DNA of 64,000 nucleotides from Tubulanus polymorphus. Taxonomy: Eukaryota > Animalia > Nemertea. The notes under the pieces were generated by a model. That model did no database searches, had not been told where the DNA came from, and saw nothing but the letters and a program-made list of their open reading frames with translations. Location of the stretch: positions 24,886,560 to 24,950,559 of the forward strand of contig NC_134027.1 of NCBI RefSeq assembly GCF_964204645.1. Reading direction: 5' to 3'. The position numbers were made by a program, and so were the translations under genes. Below, piece after piece: positions 1 to 12,411 of this stretch; positions within the stretch are counted from its first letter, which is position 1; each line of letters begins with the position of its first letter.

Positions 1-394
1 TGCTCATAGTTCAGCTCCTGATCATCAAAATTCCCATCTTAAAAGGGGAAGCGGACAGAAAAGAATAGTCGCCCAAGAAAGCCTACCTAATACTCGATTG
101 ATCAAACCGAGCCAGGGATTTGTACCGCCAACGTCAACATTGAGGAAAACCTCACTAGCAGGCACGATAACAACTATTTTCGCTTTTTTCTTACGTTTCG
201 AATGGAGTAATTCCATGCAGCTTCCGATGTAAGAAAACAAAGAATAGCACTCTGAACTGGTTAGGATTGCTGTTGTTTCTACGGTACCCCTTGATGTTTT
301 TATTGCTCGGTCTGTTTATCTTTAGTTTTGACACACTGCTTCTATTTTAGATCCTGTGAGTTTATATGCTTTGTTACTTGTTTTTCTGGTCATT

Positions 395-436
395 CAACCT
401 GATGATGGCTGTTAGTCAACAGTCGAAATGTTGTGG
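395..436 (+). ncRNA. Degenerate minimal type I hammerhead ribozyme (Penelope-like element pLTR remnant)
   Basis: caac-CTGATGA-t-ggctgtt-agtc-aacagtc-GAAA-tgtt-gtgg: core boxes and a 7-bp stem II are present; stems I and III are weak. Followed by an AT-rich pLTR-like tail. Confidence 0.55.
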
Positions 437-1177
437 TTTCAAAATGATAAATTCTATCCTATAATCTAATTCGAAGTGTGGGATTTCTTCATTTATCAAA
501 GAATAGCAGTTGTTTGAATTGACATCATTGGTGTCTCTTAATGATATTCACCAAAGCTGGAAAAAGTCATAACTATCAACTATTTACTTCAAAGCGCGTT
601 CTGTCGACCAAACTCTATAAATCTATACATCGATGTTGAAACCAATTATCATTCAATCTACATGAAGAATCTATACCCGACTGTAAACGTCTCTCATTGA
701 GAGAGAATTCACGATAACAATTCAAACAAATCTTCTTTTTTTATCCTAAGTTTCGGATGGCGCTTCCAATGAAATAAACAAACAAGAAACACGAACAGTT
801 GTTTTGAATTGATATTGTGAACTTCTCGTAATGATGTTCATCAATACTGGTAATCTCAGCCGAAAAAATTGACGACCAACATTCTACCCCGCATTGATGA
901 AACCGATTATTGTTACACAGGAAATGACACGAGGCTAATCACGATGCAAGCATTATACGATAGAATTATAAATTTACCAGGAAGTAAAATAGTCAAATTA
1001 TTGCTATGAATCGAATTGAAATTCCCTGAATAGTTGATGTTTTGCGGTCGTTGTTTTCGTCGGGGAGGTCGGGATGACAAGTCACTCCTCAACAAAACTC
1101 CGCTGACGCAACGAGTTTCAAGAAGTGCGTGTATTTATATATTGTATGCCTGGTTAATATGTAAATCTACCGAAGAA

Positions 1178-4100
1178 ATGGCGATGAATAAAAGGAGTCG
1201 GGTAAGCCCATTGTTAATTATCATTCGTAAGCTGTTGACCCGGTCAAGCTAATACAGACCTACCCGCGGCCGGTCCATGTCAGGGATAATACTTAAGACC
1301 AGTCTCACTTGGGGCCAGTTCCATAATTGAGACCTAAGTCTAAAAGTGGTCTTAAAAACCTTAAGGTTGGCCTTAAGCTGTTAGATTAGCTATATATGAA
1401 ACTAAGATGATCTTAAGTCTAAGAGCCACGACTGTGGAACCGGCTGTTTTATGAAAACACTAAAAACTCTACATAACGGTTTCAGCAGTTCTGAGCTATA
1501 TCATTATGAATGTTAGTTCAGGGGCTGGTGCGACTTGGAAAAACCAAGATCCAAACGACGAACAAGCGAAAAAAATACGAACAAAAACAAGAGAAAAACC
1601 AAAACTTCGAAATCGATTAAGGTCAAACGCTTTCAGTGACTGAACCCAGGGCGTCGTTTATCTAAACCAACCGTAATTCCGAACGAAATTTTGATACATT
1701 ACACAATACCGTACTTTCAAGCAGTTCAATGTCTGTCGGTATAGTCTAATTCACCCGCCGAGATAACCTAAGGAAAAACAATTTTGACATTTTGAATAAT
1801 TGGCCTCATTTACTTTCTGATAAAGAAACTGTTGGTCAAATTAGAGCCAATGGACATCTGTGTCGAGCTATATAAACCAGTTTAAGAAGTTCTGCAAAAT
1901 TAAGTTGTTTTCACGATTTTGCTGGTTTTGTTGTTCATCCAGGTTATTGGTATTTCGGTAGTGTTGATATCGGTCTTATTCTATCTAGCTGATCACACTG
2001 TTATCGGTGCGTATTAAACCATGTAAACTGGAATTAACTATATATATATACTAGATTTGACATTTGTCTTCATAGTTCGATATTTTTCGACCTTGTAAGT
2101 AAGGCCCTCGAGTTAACTGTACCCATTCTACCGTGCGCGCGATCCAGATTCATGGATTCAGAAATGTCTTCATTTTTCTTGAAAAAAAAATGGTTTTCAC
2201 GTGTTCGTTCATTTGCTCTGATCATCGCACCGAAACAGCGCATAGAGTCACGAAACAAACATAGGACCTTTTTAAAACCCCTATAGCGGGTGCACCCAGC
2301 ATTAACATTGCAACAATGGTACAATTTAATTCCTTTCTGAGTACATTATTGTGCGGCTTTATTCATTCATTGTTTTTTGTTCTTGTTTTGTGTGCGTGTG
2401 TTTAGGGCAGATATGTATCACAGAGAATACGACATTGACAATGGTAGTAAGACCGGAAGTTCTAAAACTAGGAGGTACCGCAGTTATACAATGCCAGGTT
2501 TTACCGCCACCTAAAACAGGTCGCTGCATATTTAACATGCACTTGTTAAGCCCTTCGGTACTAAGATTTTTTCCTAGAAGTATATGTCATTCATTTGGTG
2601 ACGAAGAACCTCGGTACGTTGAACGATGTGACGTCACAGCCGGCCGTTATGGTATACGTATCACTAACGTAGAAATGGCTGATGCTGGAAGATGGGGTTG
2701 TCATTTCAGGTACTACATGTCCTACCACAATAGTGTACATGTAGATGTAGTGGGTAAGAATACTTAAAACGAATTTCACAATATCCAAAATATATGGAAT
2801 AATCAAAATCATAAGAAACAATCATAAGAAATACTAGAAATCTAATATGATATCAATTAAATATTTCGGGCACTATCGCCGTACTTTTGGATTTAAATAG
2901 GAGCAATTTAACATTTTCACCTCTCATGATTGCGTCTTTTTGATTACATTGATATTCGATATTTAGAGGTGTCATTAGTTTACATATTAAGATTCTCGCC
3001 GATTGTTTGAAGACGCAAATGTTATTTTAAGCGCCCCCGAGTGGACCAGTGCTAACGTCTGAACCAACCACCGCCATCGGTAACATCGTCACATTGCAGG
3101 AGAATTCATCATTAACGATCACATGTAACGGTTCACAGTATGAAGCTACAGGACTGATGTATAAATGGAATGGTGTCAATCTATCAGGAGAGTCTAATAA
3201 TACACTCAACTTCACAAGAATTAGTAAAACTGATTCAGGTGTTTATACATGTAACGTATCGAATATAGTAGATACAGTTACTGGTAGTGTTACTGTCAAT
3301 GTTCTATGTAAGTATAAGTTCCATAGAAAATACATCTCCCTTATCCATATTTGTTGCATACATAATTAAAATGAACAATATTGATCATTGCTTACGTTAG
3401 GTTATCGCTTATTCATCATTCATTTTTAAACTTTTAAAGTTGATTGCGTTATAATTTAAAGTCGAAAGGAGTAAGATGGAATCTTTTCGCTACACGTGTA
3501 TACATTCAATGTTTTTGCAATAGATGCGCCGGTGTTGTCCGAACGAGTCGAACCCGTTGTTGCGCAGATCGGGGAAACTGCCGAATTCACGGTGAAGTTC
3601 GACGTGAATCCGCCGATTGGAACGACTCTCTGCTGCGTTAAGAACGCGACGACGAACGAATCGGTGATAACCTCGAACGAATTGAAAACGATCCCGGTTA
3701 GCAAAACTCAATGGGATGTTGTCGTACAGTCGGTGCAAGCGTCTGATTTCGGAACGTATTTGTGTGAACTCAAGAATGCAATCGGTAGTGTCGAGGTTAC
3801 TCTGCATCTTACAAAGTCTGGTGGTAAGTATAGGGCACAAAATTTATTCTCCGAGAAAGCGATTACATTGAGCTCCACATCGACGTACAACTTTCCACAG
3901 CATCCCGTCGAGCGCCATACCTCTTTAAGATCCAACTTGAGTATTTCGTTCTGAACGGTTTTCTTTTTTAAATTTCACGAAAATTTGAATTGTTCGTATA
4001 CCAGGAAGTGGACGGTGTATATACTATCCACAGTACCGTCCACTTCTGGCTCCAGTATCCACGAAAAAAGTAGAAAAGACCGGGAGAAAAAAAAACGACT

Positions 4101-6111
4101 AAACCTTTTAGTTAAACTTGTTCACGTTTCATTAAAAGAAAATGAACTCTTAACACTGATCTAACACTGGGGACGGTTTCACAAAATAATGTTTAACTCT
4201 AAATCGATTTAAAACTTTCTTAATCAGTTCGGTTTATATCAATCAGTACACTTTGTTACGACTATATTAGGATATAATCGAAACGTTGAATAAGCTACTA
4301 GCTTCAGTTACATTTTCGGACTGTTTTTTCGTTATTATTGTGGGATTCTCTCTACATCGCTTCAACGCGGATATAGTGTTTTATCAATCGTGAAATAAGA
4401 GAATAGCTTTATCTTTTTAGAAAATGTATACATTATATTAAGTTAGAGCGTTACTCAGGTTATCACGTCTACTCATAGCATTAAGCATTCATATTTTTGG
4501 TTTCCATCTACAGATGCCAATTGCGGGCTGTTGACGTGCGTGGCACTGGGAGCTATCGTTGCCTCATTGGTCGTCACCATCATCATTCTCGTTGTTTTCG
4601 TGATTCTATTTGTGAAAAGACGCAAAAACAACTCGAAAAGGTTAGACACAAATTCTATCTCGATAATACTTCAAAAATAGTACACTCTTTTTACTCGGCT
4701 CTTTACGCTCAACGATATTCGCTTTTTTTCCAGTTCTGCTGCCACTAAGAAAAAAAGGAGAAATAAGGCGGCGAAGATAGGTATATTTCTATTTCTAGCC
4801 CCTATACTCACTCAAAATCTAGTTTCGAATCGGAATAGGACACTTATCAACATACAAATTCTAATTCAGGGGCTACACGCTAAGCCAGGTTCCCGGTTAG
4901 ATTTCAATTGAGGGTTGAAATTCATTCATTGTCGACATTTGAATTTAATTTCAAACGAGAAGTTTATATCTGATTCAGATCTATTGAAGAAAATACCAAT
5001 AAAGGCCTTCGAGGGGGGGGGGTACAAATCGTTAGATAGTATCTATATCTATCCGGGGATATGTCATAAGATTAATATTGTACTCGGGAGAGAACGCAAA
5101 GGCCTCGTAGACAAACAGAAAACACGTTCCCAAATGTTTGGATACTTTCTCAGTTTGTATCAAAAATATTGCCAATTTCTGGTCCTTAAGTCCTGAAAAA
5201 TGATAGATTTACAGCGTAAAATCGTACAAACGTGTCAATTATACTTCTAAACACTTTATTTGCGGGCCAGGTAATGAATCGAGCGTGGGCCATAGAGCGC
5301 TATATCCACCTGTGATCTCGACTTTCAATTATAACTACGTAAGCTATTCGTGAACAAAATGCGGCCGGCGCACAATAGAAACTTCGCGCTATGTATTCTT
5401 TCATTACCGCCGACAGAGAGGACCGATATTTCGCAAATTGGATTCGGGAGGTTTAAACCTCCCTAAGTCAAATCACTAAAATTGTGACCTTCGTGGAGAT
5501 TATCTAAAAAACCTCCCAAGGTCAAATCACTAAAATTGTGACCTTCGTGGAGATTACCTAAAAAGCCGATCGTAATCAATTTTAGCAGAACTTTTCACCC
5601 AAACGTTCAATGGTTTCAAAATCTTTCAATCAAAACATTTGAGAACGCGTTAGAAGCAAAATTATGAAAATATACTTCAAATATTACCAGTCAGTTTCGT
5701 GAACTACGTCGAATCTCGGCAAGCAGGGTTAGTTCACTTTATACTTCCATTACAAATGCAGCATATTCTTTTTCGCCGCATCTTATTGTCTTTGTTTCAG
5801 CTAAAAAAGAAGCTGACACAGATGACGTATACGAAGTGTACACGCACAGGCCTACGAGACAACGTGCGGTGAACACGAGCGAAAATATTTACGGAAATCG
5901 CGAGGTGTGTGAATTGTTTTTTTGCTGAAATTATTCAGCTGCATATTTCTAGTCATTTCAATTCTGTTCGATCAAAAATACATGTATTTCTGTCCAATTG
6001 ATTTTCCTGTTCACGGTCTAGATACTTTTATTTATTATTTTACAGATGGTCAACGTCGCCAGAAACGCGTCCGCGTTCAGAGACCTTGGCGAGGAATATG
6101 AGGAAATCTAG
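1178..6111 (+). CDS. IgSF receptor gene 1 (type A): signal peptide-V-Ig2-Ig3-TM-Tyr-motif tail, ~451 aa, 9 exons
   Basis: Exons 1178-1201 (MAMNKRSR), 1943-2006 (VIGISVVLISVLFYLADHTVIG), 2406-2753 (V, DAGRWGC), 3032-3307 (Ig, DSGVYTC), 3524-3823 (Ig, DFGTYLC), 4514-4640 (TM ALGAIVASLVVTIIILVVFVILFV-KRRK), 4734-4780, 5801-5904 (DDVYEVY..ENIYGNRE), 6046-6111 (..GEEYEEI*). All introns GT-AG with compatible phases; Ig exons are phase 1-1; AATAAA at 6362. Confidence 0.9.
1311..1444. mobile_element. MITE-like element in intron 1 of gene 1
   Basis: ggggccagttcca...tgtggaaccggc imperfect terminal inverted repeats and cttaag-rich interior; same family as the element at 58252-58391. Confidence 0.6.
5455..5564. 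repeat. ~54-bp direct tandem duplication in intron 7 of gene 1
   Basis: aaacctccc..gtcaaatcactaaaattgtgaccttcgtggagatta.ctaaaaa occurs twice head to tail. Confidence 0.85.
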
Positions 6112-7414
6112 CAGAAACTCGGTCAAGAAGTCATCGCATTACTGAGGGTCGTCTCTATTTTCGAGTCTCAATTCTTCAAATCTATTTACTAAGTTTACGC
6201 CGGTGGTTCATAGCCTACCCGAGACTAATGAAAATGAATTCAAACATTTTGTTCTATTCTAACCGATCAATTTAGGTTAAAATTCTACTTGTATTGCTTT
6301 TTAACCTAGAAGATTTATAACCCCCTAACGTTGTGTCTTTCAATTCTATATTTTTGAATTCAATAAACTATCAATTTTCTATACTTTTATACGGTGAATA
6401 GTAGGTTTTTATTGTATCGTTCCCTCTCCACGTTTGAGTGTGGCTATTCTACCACGATACGAAAATGCGAGTAGTTGATAATAGGATAATTTTAAACTTT
6501 GAATTTGCCCATTTTGTTAAATTGTTGATTTTTGTATAAACTGAAGACGTCAATATACACGACTGAATGCATGTACGTACACATTGTTGTTCTGATTATT
6601 TAGTTTTTCAAATGTTTTTTTCTCTAATGACAACGACTCGAAAACCAATAATATCGGATTGAACAGCACAATCGATGATACGTCGCGCGACCAACACAGA
6701 CAATGAGAACTGTGGCAGTCGAGGATTCCGCTTATGGCAAGCGAGGATCCACCAGATTCAGCCGCTGGATACGACGCTCGGATTTCTCCAAATTCTATCA
6801 TTAATTCCTCAAATTCTGTGAATGGTAGTTGAAAACCGCCCCATACAAAGCCGTAGCATCAATTTGAGGCTATCAAGAGACGTGATAAACCCAAGCTCAG
6901 GTGTAGAAGGCTAAAGATTAGACCGTAAGACCAACATTTTGACAGGATTGTCTACTGATGTATGCGCCATCTAGCGGAATAGACGGTGACGCGTCAAGGT
7001 CCTCATTGACTACATGTACGAAGGTATATTGCGGGATACCTAGTTTCGCCTTCAATCTTCTTGGGTTTTACAGCGAAGCGAATCCTATCCTGAAAAAAAT
7101 CTACTTCGAGAGAACTAAATCCGGATATCCAATAGATGGAAAAGATAGGAAAAAAACGTATCTATTCGAAACAAAAAATGTGTATGCCTTAAATTTTGGA
7201 AGCCTAATTCTTCTTCTGACGGTGGGGATTCCGCAGGAAAGAATGGGATTTCTAAATCTTCTCATCGAATTGGTTTCCATTCGTTGACAACCGATGAGAA
7301 CCACTAAGAGAAACATTGACCAAGAAAACATGTCGCCACGAAGATCTGAACACATTTTTCCTCTTATGGGTCAATACAAGAAACGGTTAGTACTTTATAC
7401 GTTAACTATTTTAT

Positions 7415-7469
7415 TTGACGCACGAGCTTTCGCTACTAGTGAATAGTGTAGCTTCATCAGGTGAATCAA
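7415..7469 (-). ncRNA. Minimal type I hammerhead ribozyme
   Basis: Minus strand reads ttgattcac-CTGATGA-a-gctac-actattcacta-gtagc-GAAA-gCTC-gtgcgtcaa: core boxes, stem II gctac/gtagc, palindromic AGCT stem III, CUC cleavage triplet, stem I. Confidence 0.75.
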
Positions 7470-7770
7470 TATTGACGTAAAGCCTAGCCTACATCGACAC
7501 TGCGATTGGAGAAAACTAGTTGCCGGGCAGTTTTCGGCGATTGAGAGCAACTGGCTGGATGCAATCAGTTGCTCGAACGTGTCGATGTGAGCTAGCTTAC
7601 GACTGGTTAGCGTCCATCTATCTCCAGTTCCAGCCAGTTGCCCATGTTCTACTTTTGAGCAACTAGTTGTACTCGGTTACTGTCATATCCGTCAAAAAAA
7701 GTCAAAAAGGAAAAAATGTTGACTACCGCATTAGCGGCAAGTGCGGTAGGCTAAATCCGCCACTGATAAT

Positions 7771-7821
7771 AGATTCACCTGATGAAGCTACTTTAAACTA
7801 GTAGCGAAAGCTCGTGCGTCT
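7771..7821 (+). ncRNA. Minimal type I hammerhead ribozyme
   Basis: agattcac-CTGATGA-a-gctac-tttaaacta-gtagc-GAAA-gCTC-gtgcgtct; predicted cleavage after C7813. Confidence 0.75.
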
Positions 7822-8444
7822 TATAAAATAGTTAACCTATAAAGTACTATTCACCTTGTTGTATTTATTCTGCAGCCGGCTCCTCCGTGAATCTTAATTA
7901 TTGCTGGGTCCTCCTGGATAAATATAATCAGATATAGGCTAAATCTTTGAACCCCGGAATATGTTTTTTTTTCAGATTCCGCGGTATATTAAGCGTCGTC
8001 TCCTAATGAGAAATTCCATATTTCCCTCTTAGAAAAGGAAAGACAGAAAAGTTCAGTCGACCTACCTAAGAAATCTGGTCATTGGAATGATGAAACTCTT
8101 TATTGTAACACGGGACTATAGTCGATCATAATACACATGTTATTATGATTCAATTATAATATGATGCATTATTACTCTGAGTGTTTAAAAGAACTCATAC
8201 AAAACCCTGTTAATTTTTCTATCGTGATGTAATTTTGAAATGCACAAAAAAAACTAATTGATTCATTCAGGTATGTTTCACCAGGATGTTCAATTGTCGT
8301 AATAAATGAATTGAAATGGTTGTTTATAGGGTTGGGGTTATAACCCACTCATCAATAGAACTGTTGAACAGATGCACGCAGTGGTCTAGTGTGTATCTGT
8401 ATCGAGGCAGCGTCAAAATGTAAATCTATCGAGGAATCGGCAAA

Positions 8445-11021
8445 ATGACAATAAACAAAAGGAGTCGGGTAAGCGAAACATGAATATCAAGTATGAATGT
8501 CGGTTGCTGTAGTAAGCCATGACTACGTATGAAACCGGACGAATGATTTACATTGAAATAAGAGTATGTATTTAAAAAGAGAAATATAAGAAAACTGAGG
8601 CGAATTTATCGTGTCATATCAGATTTGATTTTCCTAATCATAATTTGCTAGTCACGTGTAATCTAATCAAATAAGATTTGCACAACAGCATGAATTTGAC
8701 GCCTTGTTCCAAACAACAGCTGACAAGAAAATACTGTCGCACTTTTTAAAATATTATTTCCTATCAATGAGTTTCAGGTGTCTCTTTCAGTTTTGACATT
8801 TATATCAGTTTTTCGAAAAAAAAAATCGTGAGTCTAACATTTTCAAATCGTATCAAATCACCTCCGGGGGTGATTAGATGATTTGACAAATCGATTTGAA
8901 TTTGATGCCGTGTTAAATTCAAAAATTAGACCAAATCAAATTTGATTTGGCGTGATAAATTCGCCTCTAATTTGAAAGTCTTTTTGACGGAAGTTTATTC
9001 CTTCGATTCATTATTTTGCCTTAGTTTCTAATAAAGAAACGGTTGTTCTCGAATTTAGTGTTCATTTGAAGCTTTATTTTCAAACCAGTTCAATGAACAG
9101 TTATAAAACTAGCTGTTGTTTTTGTTTATCCAGGTTATTGGTATTTCGGTAGTGTTGATATCGGTCATATTCTATTTAGCTGATCACACTGTTATCGGTG
9201 CGTATTAAACCATGAAAACTGGAATTAACGATACAAGATTTGTTGTATGTTCATTACCTATCAGTGAGCTACTCAGAAATGTCCATGTTCATTCCATCTA
9301 GTAATTACGGTTTTTTAATCATCTCACTGATTTGTAAACGTAAGGCCTTTGTGATCTAGTTTTAAAAACTGCTCTCGCGGTCATTTTTCGTCTCACTGTA
9401 GTTCGTATTCACTCAGAGTAGTTATGATCATGCTAGTCTTTGCCCGTGGTTCCGACGAAAAGAACACGTCGATTAAGTTTAAATCAACTACCAATATATA
9501 GCTGTCTATTCTGTCTTGTTTAGGACAGCAGAAGAACTGTATAAACGCAGCAGATACGACAATCAAGACCGTAACACCGGCAAATGTAAAAGTTGGTGGC
9601 ATCGCTGTCGTACAATGTCAGGTTTCGCCTCCCAGTAAGGACTTCTGCGGTCACAGAATAGACATGTATCGCCCTTATCCGGGACGGTTTGCGTTTGATA
9701 AAACAAACTGTCCTCGGGGAACTCCCGCATCCCGGTTCACAGCACAATGTAACGTCACAGCTGGACGTTATGGTATACGTATCACTAATGTACAGATGTA
9801 TGATGCTGGAAGATGGTCATGTAACTATATGAACTCTTTCCCAAATAATGGAACAGTACTTGCTGTAGAAGGTGAGAATGAAAAGCAATTGAATAAAACT
9901 AAAATGTTTCCAAAAACGATTGAGTTGTCCGGGAGAATGTTGCTATTGTTGTCGTTATAATCATGTTTACGACTCTCATGACAGTTCTTCAACATTTATT
10001 CATGACTATGCTAATTGTTGCCAGTTGTTCTGACTAAGCGAAAATCGTGAAATCTAAATTAACAACAAAATATGGGATAATGCATGATTGTTTATTGTGT
10101 AATGTTTAGGACAGCAGCAGAACTGTATAGACGCAGCGGATACGACACTCGCGACAGTTGTAACACCGGCAGTCGTAAAGCTAGGTGGCACCACTATCGT
10201 ACAATGTCAAGTTTCACCACTCGGTAAAAATTTCTGCGGTCACAGAATAGACATGTTTGGTCCATTTCCGGTACGGTTTTGCGTTTGATACGACAAACTG
10301 TCCTCGGGGAACTCCCAGGGAATCCCGGTACACTGGAGAATGTGACGTCGCAGCTGGACGTTATGGTTTACGTATCAATGATGTACAGATGTCTGATGCT
10401 GGAACGTGGCGATGTGACTACATGAACTCTTTCCGAAATAGCAGTGCAGCAATTACTGTAGAAGGTGAGAATGAAAAGTGGTGTCAATCTATCAGGACAG
10501 TCTGATAATTTGCTCAACTTCACAAGAATCAGTATATATATATATATAATAATATATAATGTTTCATTTACGAATTAAATTACAATATAAAGTAAAAGAA
10601 AATTCGTATGTAGAACTAAATTTCGAATTTTCAAAATATGTGCACAAGGCTAGAACTGTGGCGTTCAAAATGATCACGGAAACATGCTTCATAATCAACG
10701 TTAATCACCACTAGTTATTCAAACGTAATTTAACAACAATTTTTCCACGTATTTCATTCCTCGATTGCAAAAGATGTACCGACGGTGTCCGCGCAAGTCG
10801 AATCCGCAGCAGCAAACTTAGGAGAAACCGCTAAATTCACGATAAACTACGACGCGAATCGATCGGATGGGATAACAATTAGTTATGTTAAGAATGAAAC
10901 GAACGGAACAACATCCACGTTCAGATTGACTGATGTTGCTAGTGAAACTCAATTGAACGCCACTATTCGATCAGTTCAGGCGTCTGACTACGGAACTCTG
11001 GTCTTGTCAAATATGTTTTAA
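8445..11021 (+). pseudogene. IgSF gene 2: truncated paralog with two tandem V exons and no TM or cytoplasmic exons
   Basis: Exons 8445-8468 (MTINKRSR) and 9134-9197, intact V1 9524-9871, V2 10110-10464 with a +1 frameshift (TTTT at 10277-10280), a 55-bp internal Ig2 remnant at ~10479-10533, and a C-type Ig3 from 10774 truncated at ~10998 where it joins intergenic sequence (stop at 11021). Confidence 0.8.
8597..8967. mobile_element. MITE-like element in intron 1 of gene 2
   Basis: Terminal inverted repeats gaggcgaatttatc...gataaattcgcctc with further imperfect pairing; absent from paralogous introns. Confidence 0.65.
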
Positions 11022-12411
11022 AAAATAGGTTAACTGATTGTGGCTAATTCGGGGTTCACGAAAGGAATAAAAGAATAACTTAAAAACTTAAAGATTTAGT
11101 AGTTCAACTGTATGGAAAGAATACTCGTACAGAAATACACCTGAAAAACTGACTCGATTTACTTACATAATGAAAGTGCAAATACTTGTTGAGCATTATT
11201 AAACTCGGTTTTGTTAAATCGTTGATTTTTGTAAACTTATGACGCCAATAAACACGACTGAATGCATGTGAAAATTTCTGTTCTTAATATCTATTTTTTC
11301 AAATGTTTTTTTTTTCTCTAATGACACGCAATAACAGCGACTCAAAAACCCATAATTAACCGGATTGAACATCACAATCGATGATACGTCGACCAACGCA
11401 GACAATGAGGCCTGTGGCAGTCGAGGATTCCGCTTGTGGCAAGCGAGGATCCACCGGATTCAGCAGTAGTCTACTTTCAGAAACGACGCTCGAATTTCTC
11501 CAAAATCTATCTTTATCTTCTCAACTTATACGAATGGTAGATAAAAGCCGCACTATATATATGAAAAATGAAACATCAATCTTAGTTGACAGTAGCGGAG
11601 CTGTCCGGATCACCAGATGCCAAAAAGAAAAGAACGATAAACTCCGGTATCAAATCAAGCATATCCTTTATTCCACGGTTATCAACAAATAAATTCCAGC
11701 AATATTCGTTCACAAAATATATCGCGCGCACACTGAGAGTTCGGCAGGAATATAAACTACGGGCAAACGAATAAAGATGAAATATGCGGGAAGAGAAAAG
11801 AACCTGAAATATAAGTAAAAATGTAAGATTAGTGTACCGCTGGTAAAACCGGTAGGGGCAATGTTCCAGAAACGCCAGAATTAATGTAATTGACTGACAC
11901 CACCGTAAAATACAAATAATCAATAATAATTAATATCCCCTTAATCAAAGTAAACCCACCATAGCGAAATTGATATAAAAGTTAAAAAAAGCGATGGGAA
12001 GAGACTCGGTTCCCACGCGTCTGCTTCTAGATAGTTCTCATAACGATGTGCCGAATAAGACAACTCATCCCGGAAGGGATATTTTCTCAATTGCTAGGAC
12101 CCCCACACCTCCACGAGTCTTACCACGAACCTGCGATCCTAGTCACGTAGGCAAGTTGCACCGGTAAACCAGGATGGGCAGCAATCAGGACATTGGGGTA
12201 CGATAACCACACTCAAACGTGGTGAACTTTTATCTTTTTAATCTGGACATTGTTTGTTTTAACCATTGTATATATCAGGAAGATTTGCTATGACTGCAAT
12301 GGGTATCCCCTGGATGTGATAACTGAATATATTGACGCCACAAGTACAAGTTCTGAATGAGGTTTTATAAACTGTATCGATGCAGGGTCAAAATATAAAT
12401 CTACCGAAGAA

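Larger units (their letters stand above)
7389..7848. mobile_element. Element bounded by ~80-bp inverted repeats, each containing a hammerhead ribozyme (Penelope-like element derivative)
   Basis: 7389-7469 is the reverse complement of ~7768-7848 apart from a few changes (agtactttatacgttaactatt... / ...aatagttaacctataaagtact). Confidence 0.7.

Noticed and set aside
5801-6111. Canonical ITAM or ITIM in the cytoplasmic tail
   Set aside because: Tyr contexts (DVYEVY, IYGNR, EYEEI) and spacing fit neither YxxL/I-x6-8-YxxL/I nor (I/V/L/S)xYxx(L/V).
9872-10109. RAG-type V(D)J recombination of the V exons
   Set aside because: I saw no CACAGTG heptamer/nonamer signals at V exon ends and no J segments; each V exon ends in a normal GT donor and includes its own G strand.
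11405-11460. HDV-like ribozyme on the minus strand (TCCTCGC loop-like motif)
   Set aside because: I could not build the P1/P2/P3 nested pseudoknot pairings.
11582-11923. Recurrent 113-aa minus-strand ORF (also at 18784 and 34904) and other repeated short ORFs
   Set aside because: They recur only because the DNA is recently duplicated; no recognisable domain or splice structure.
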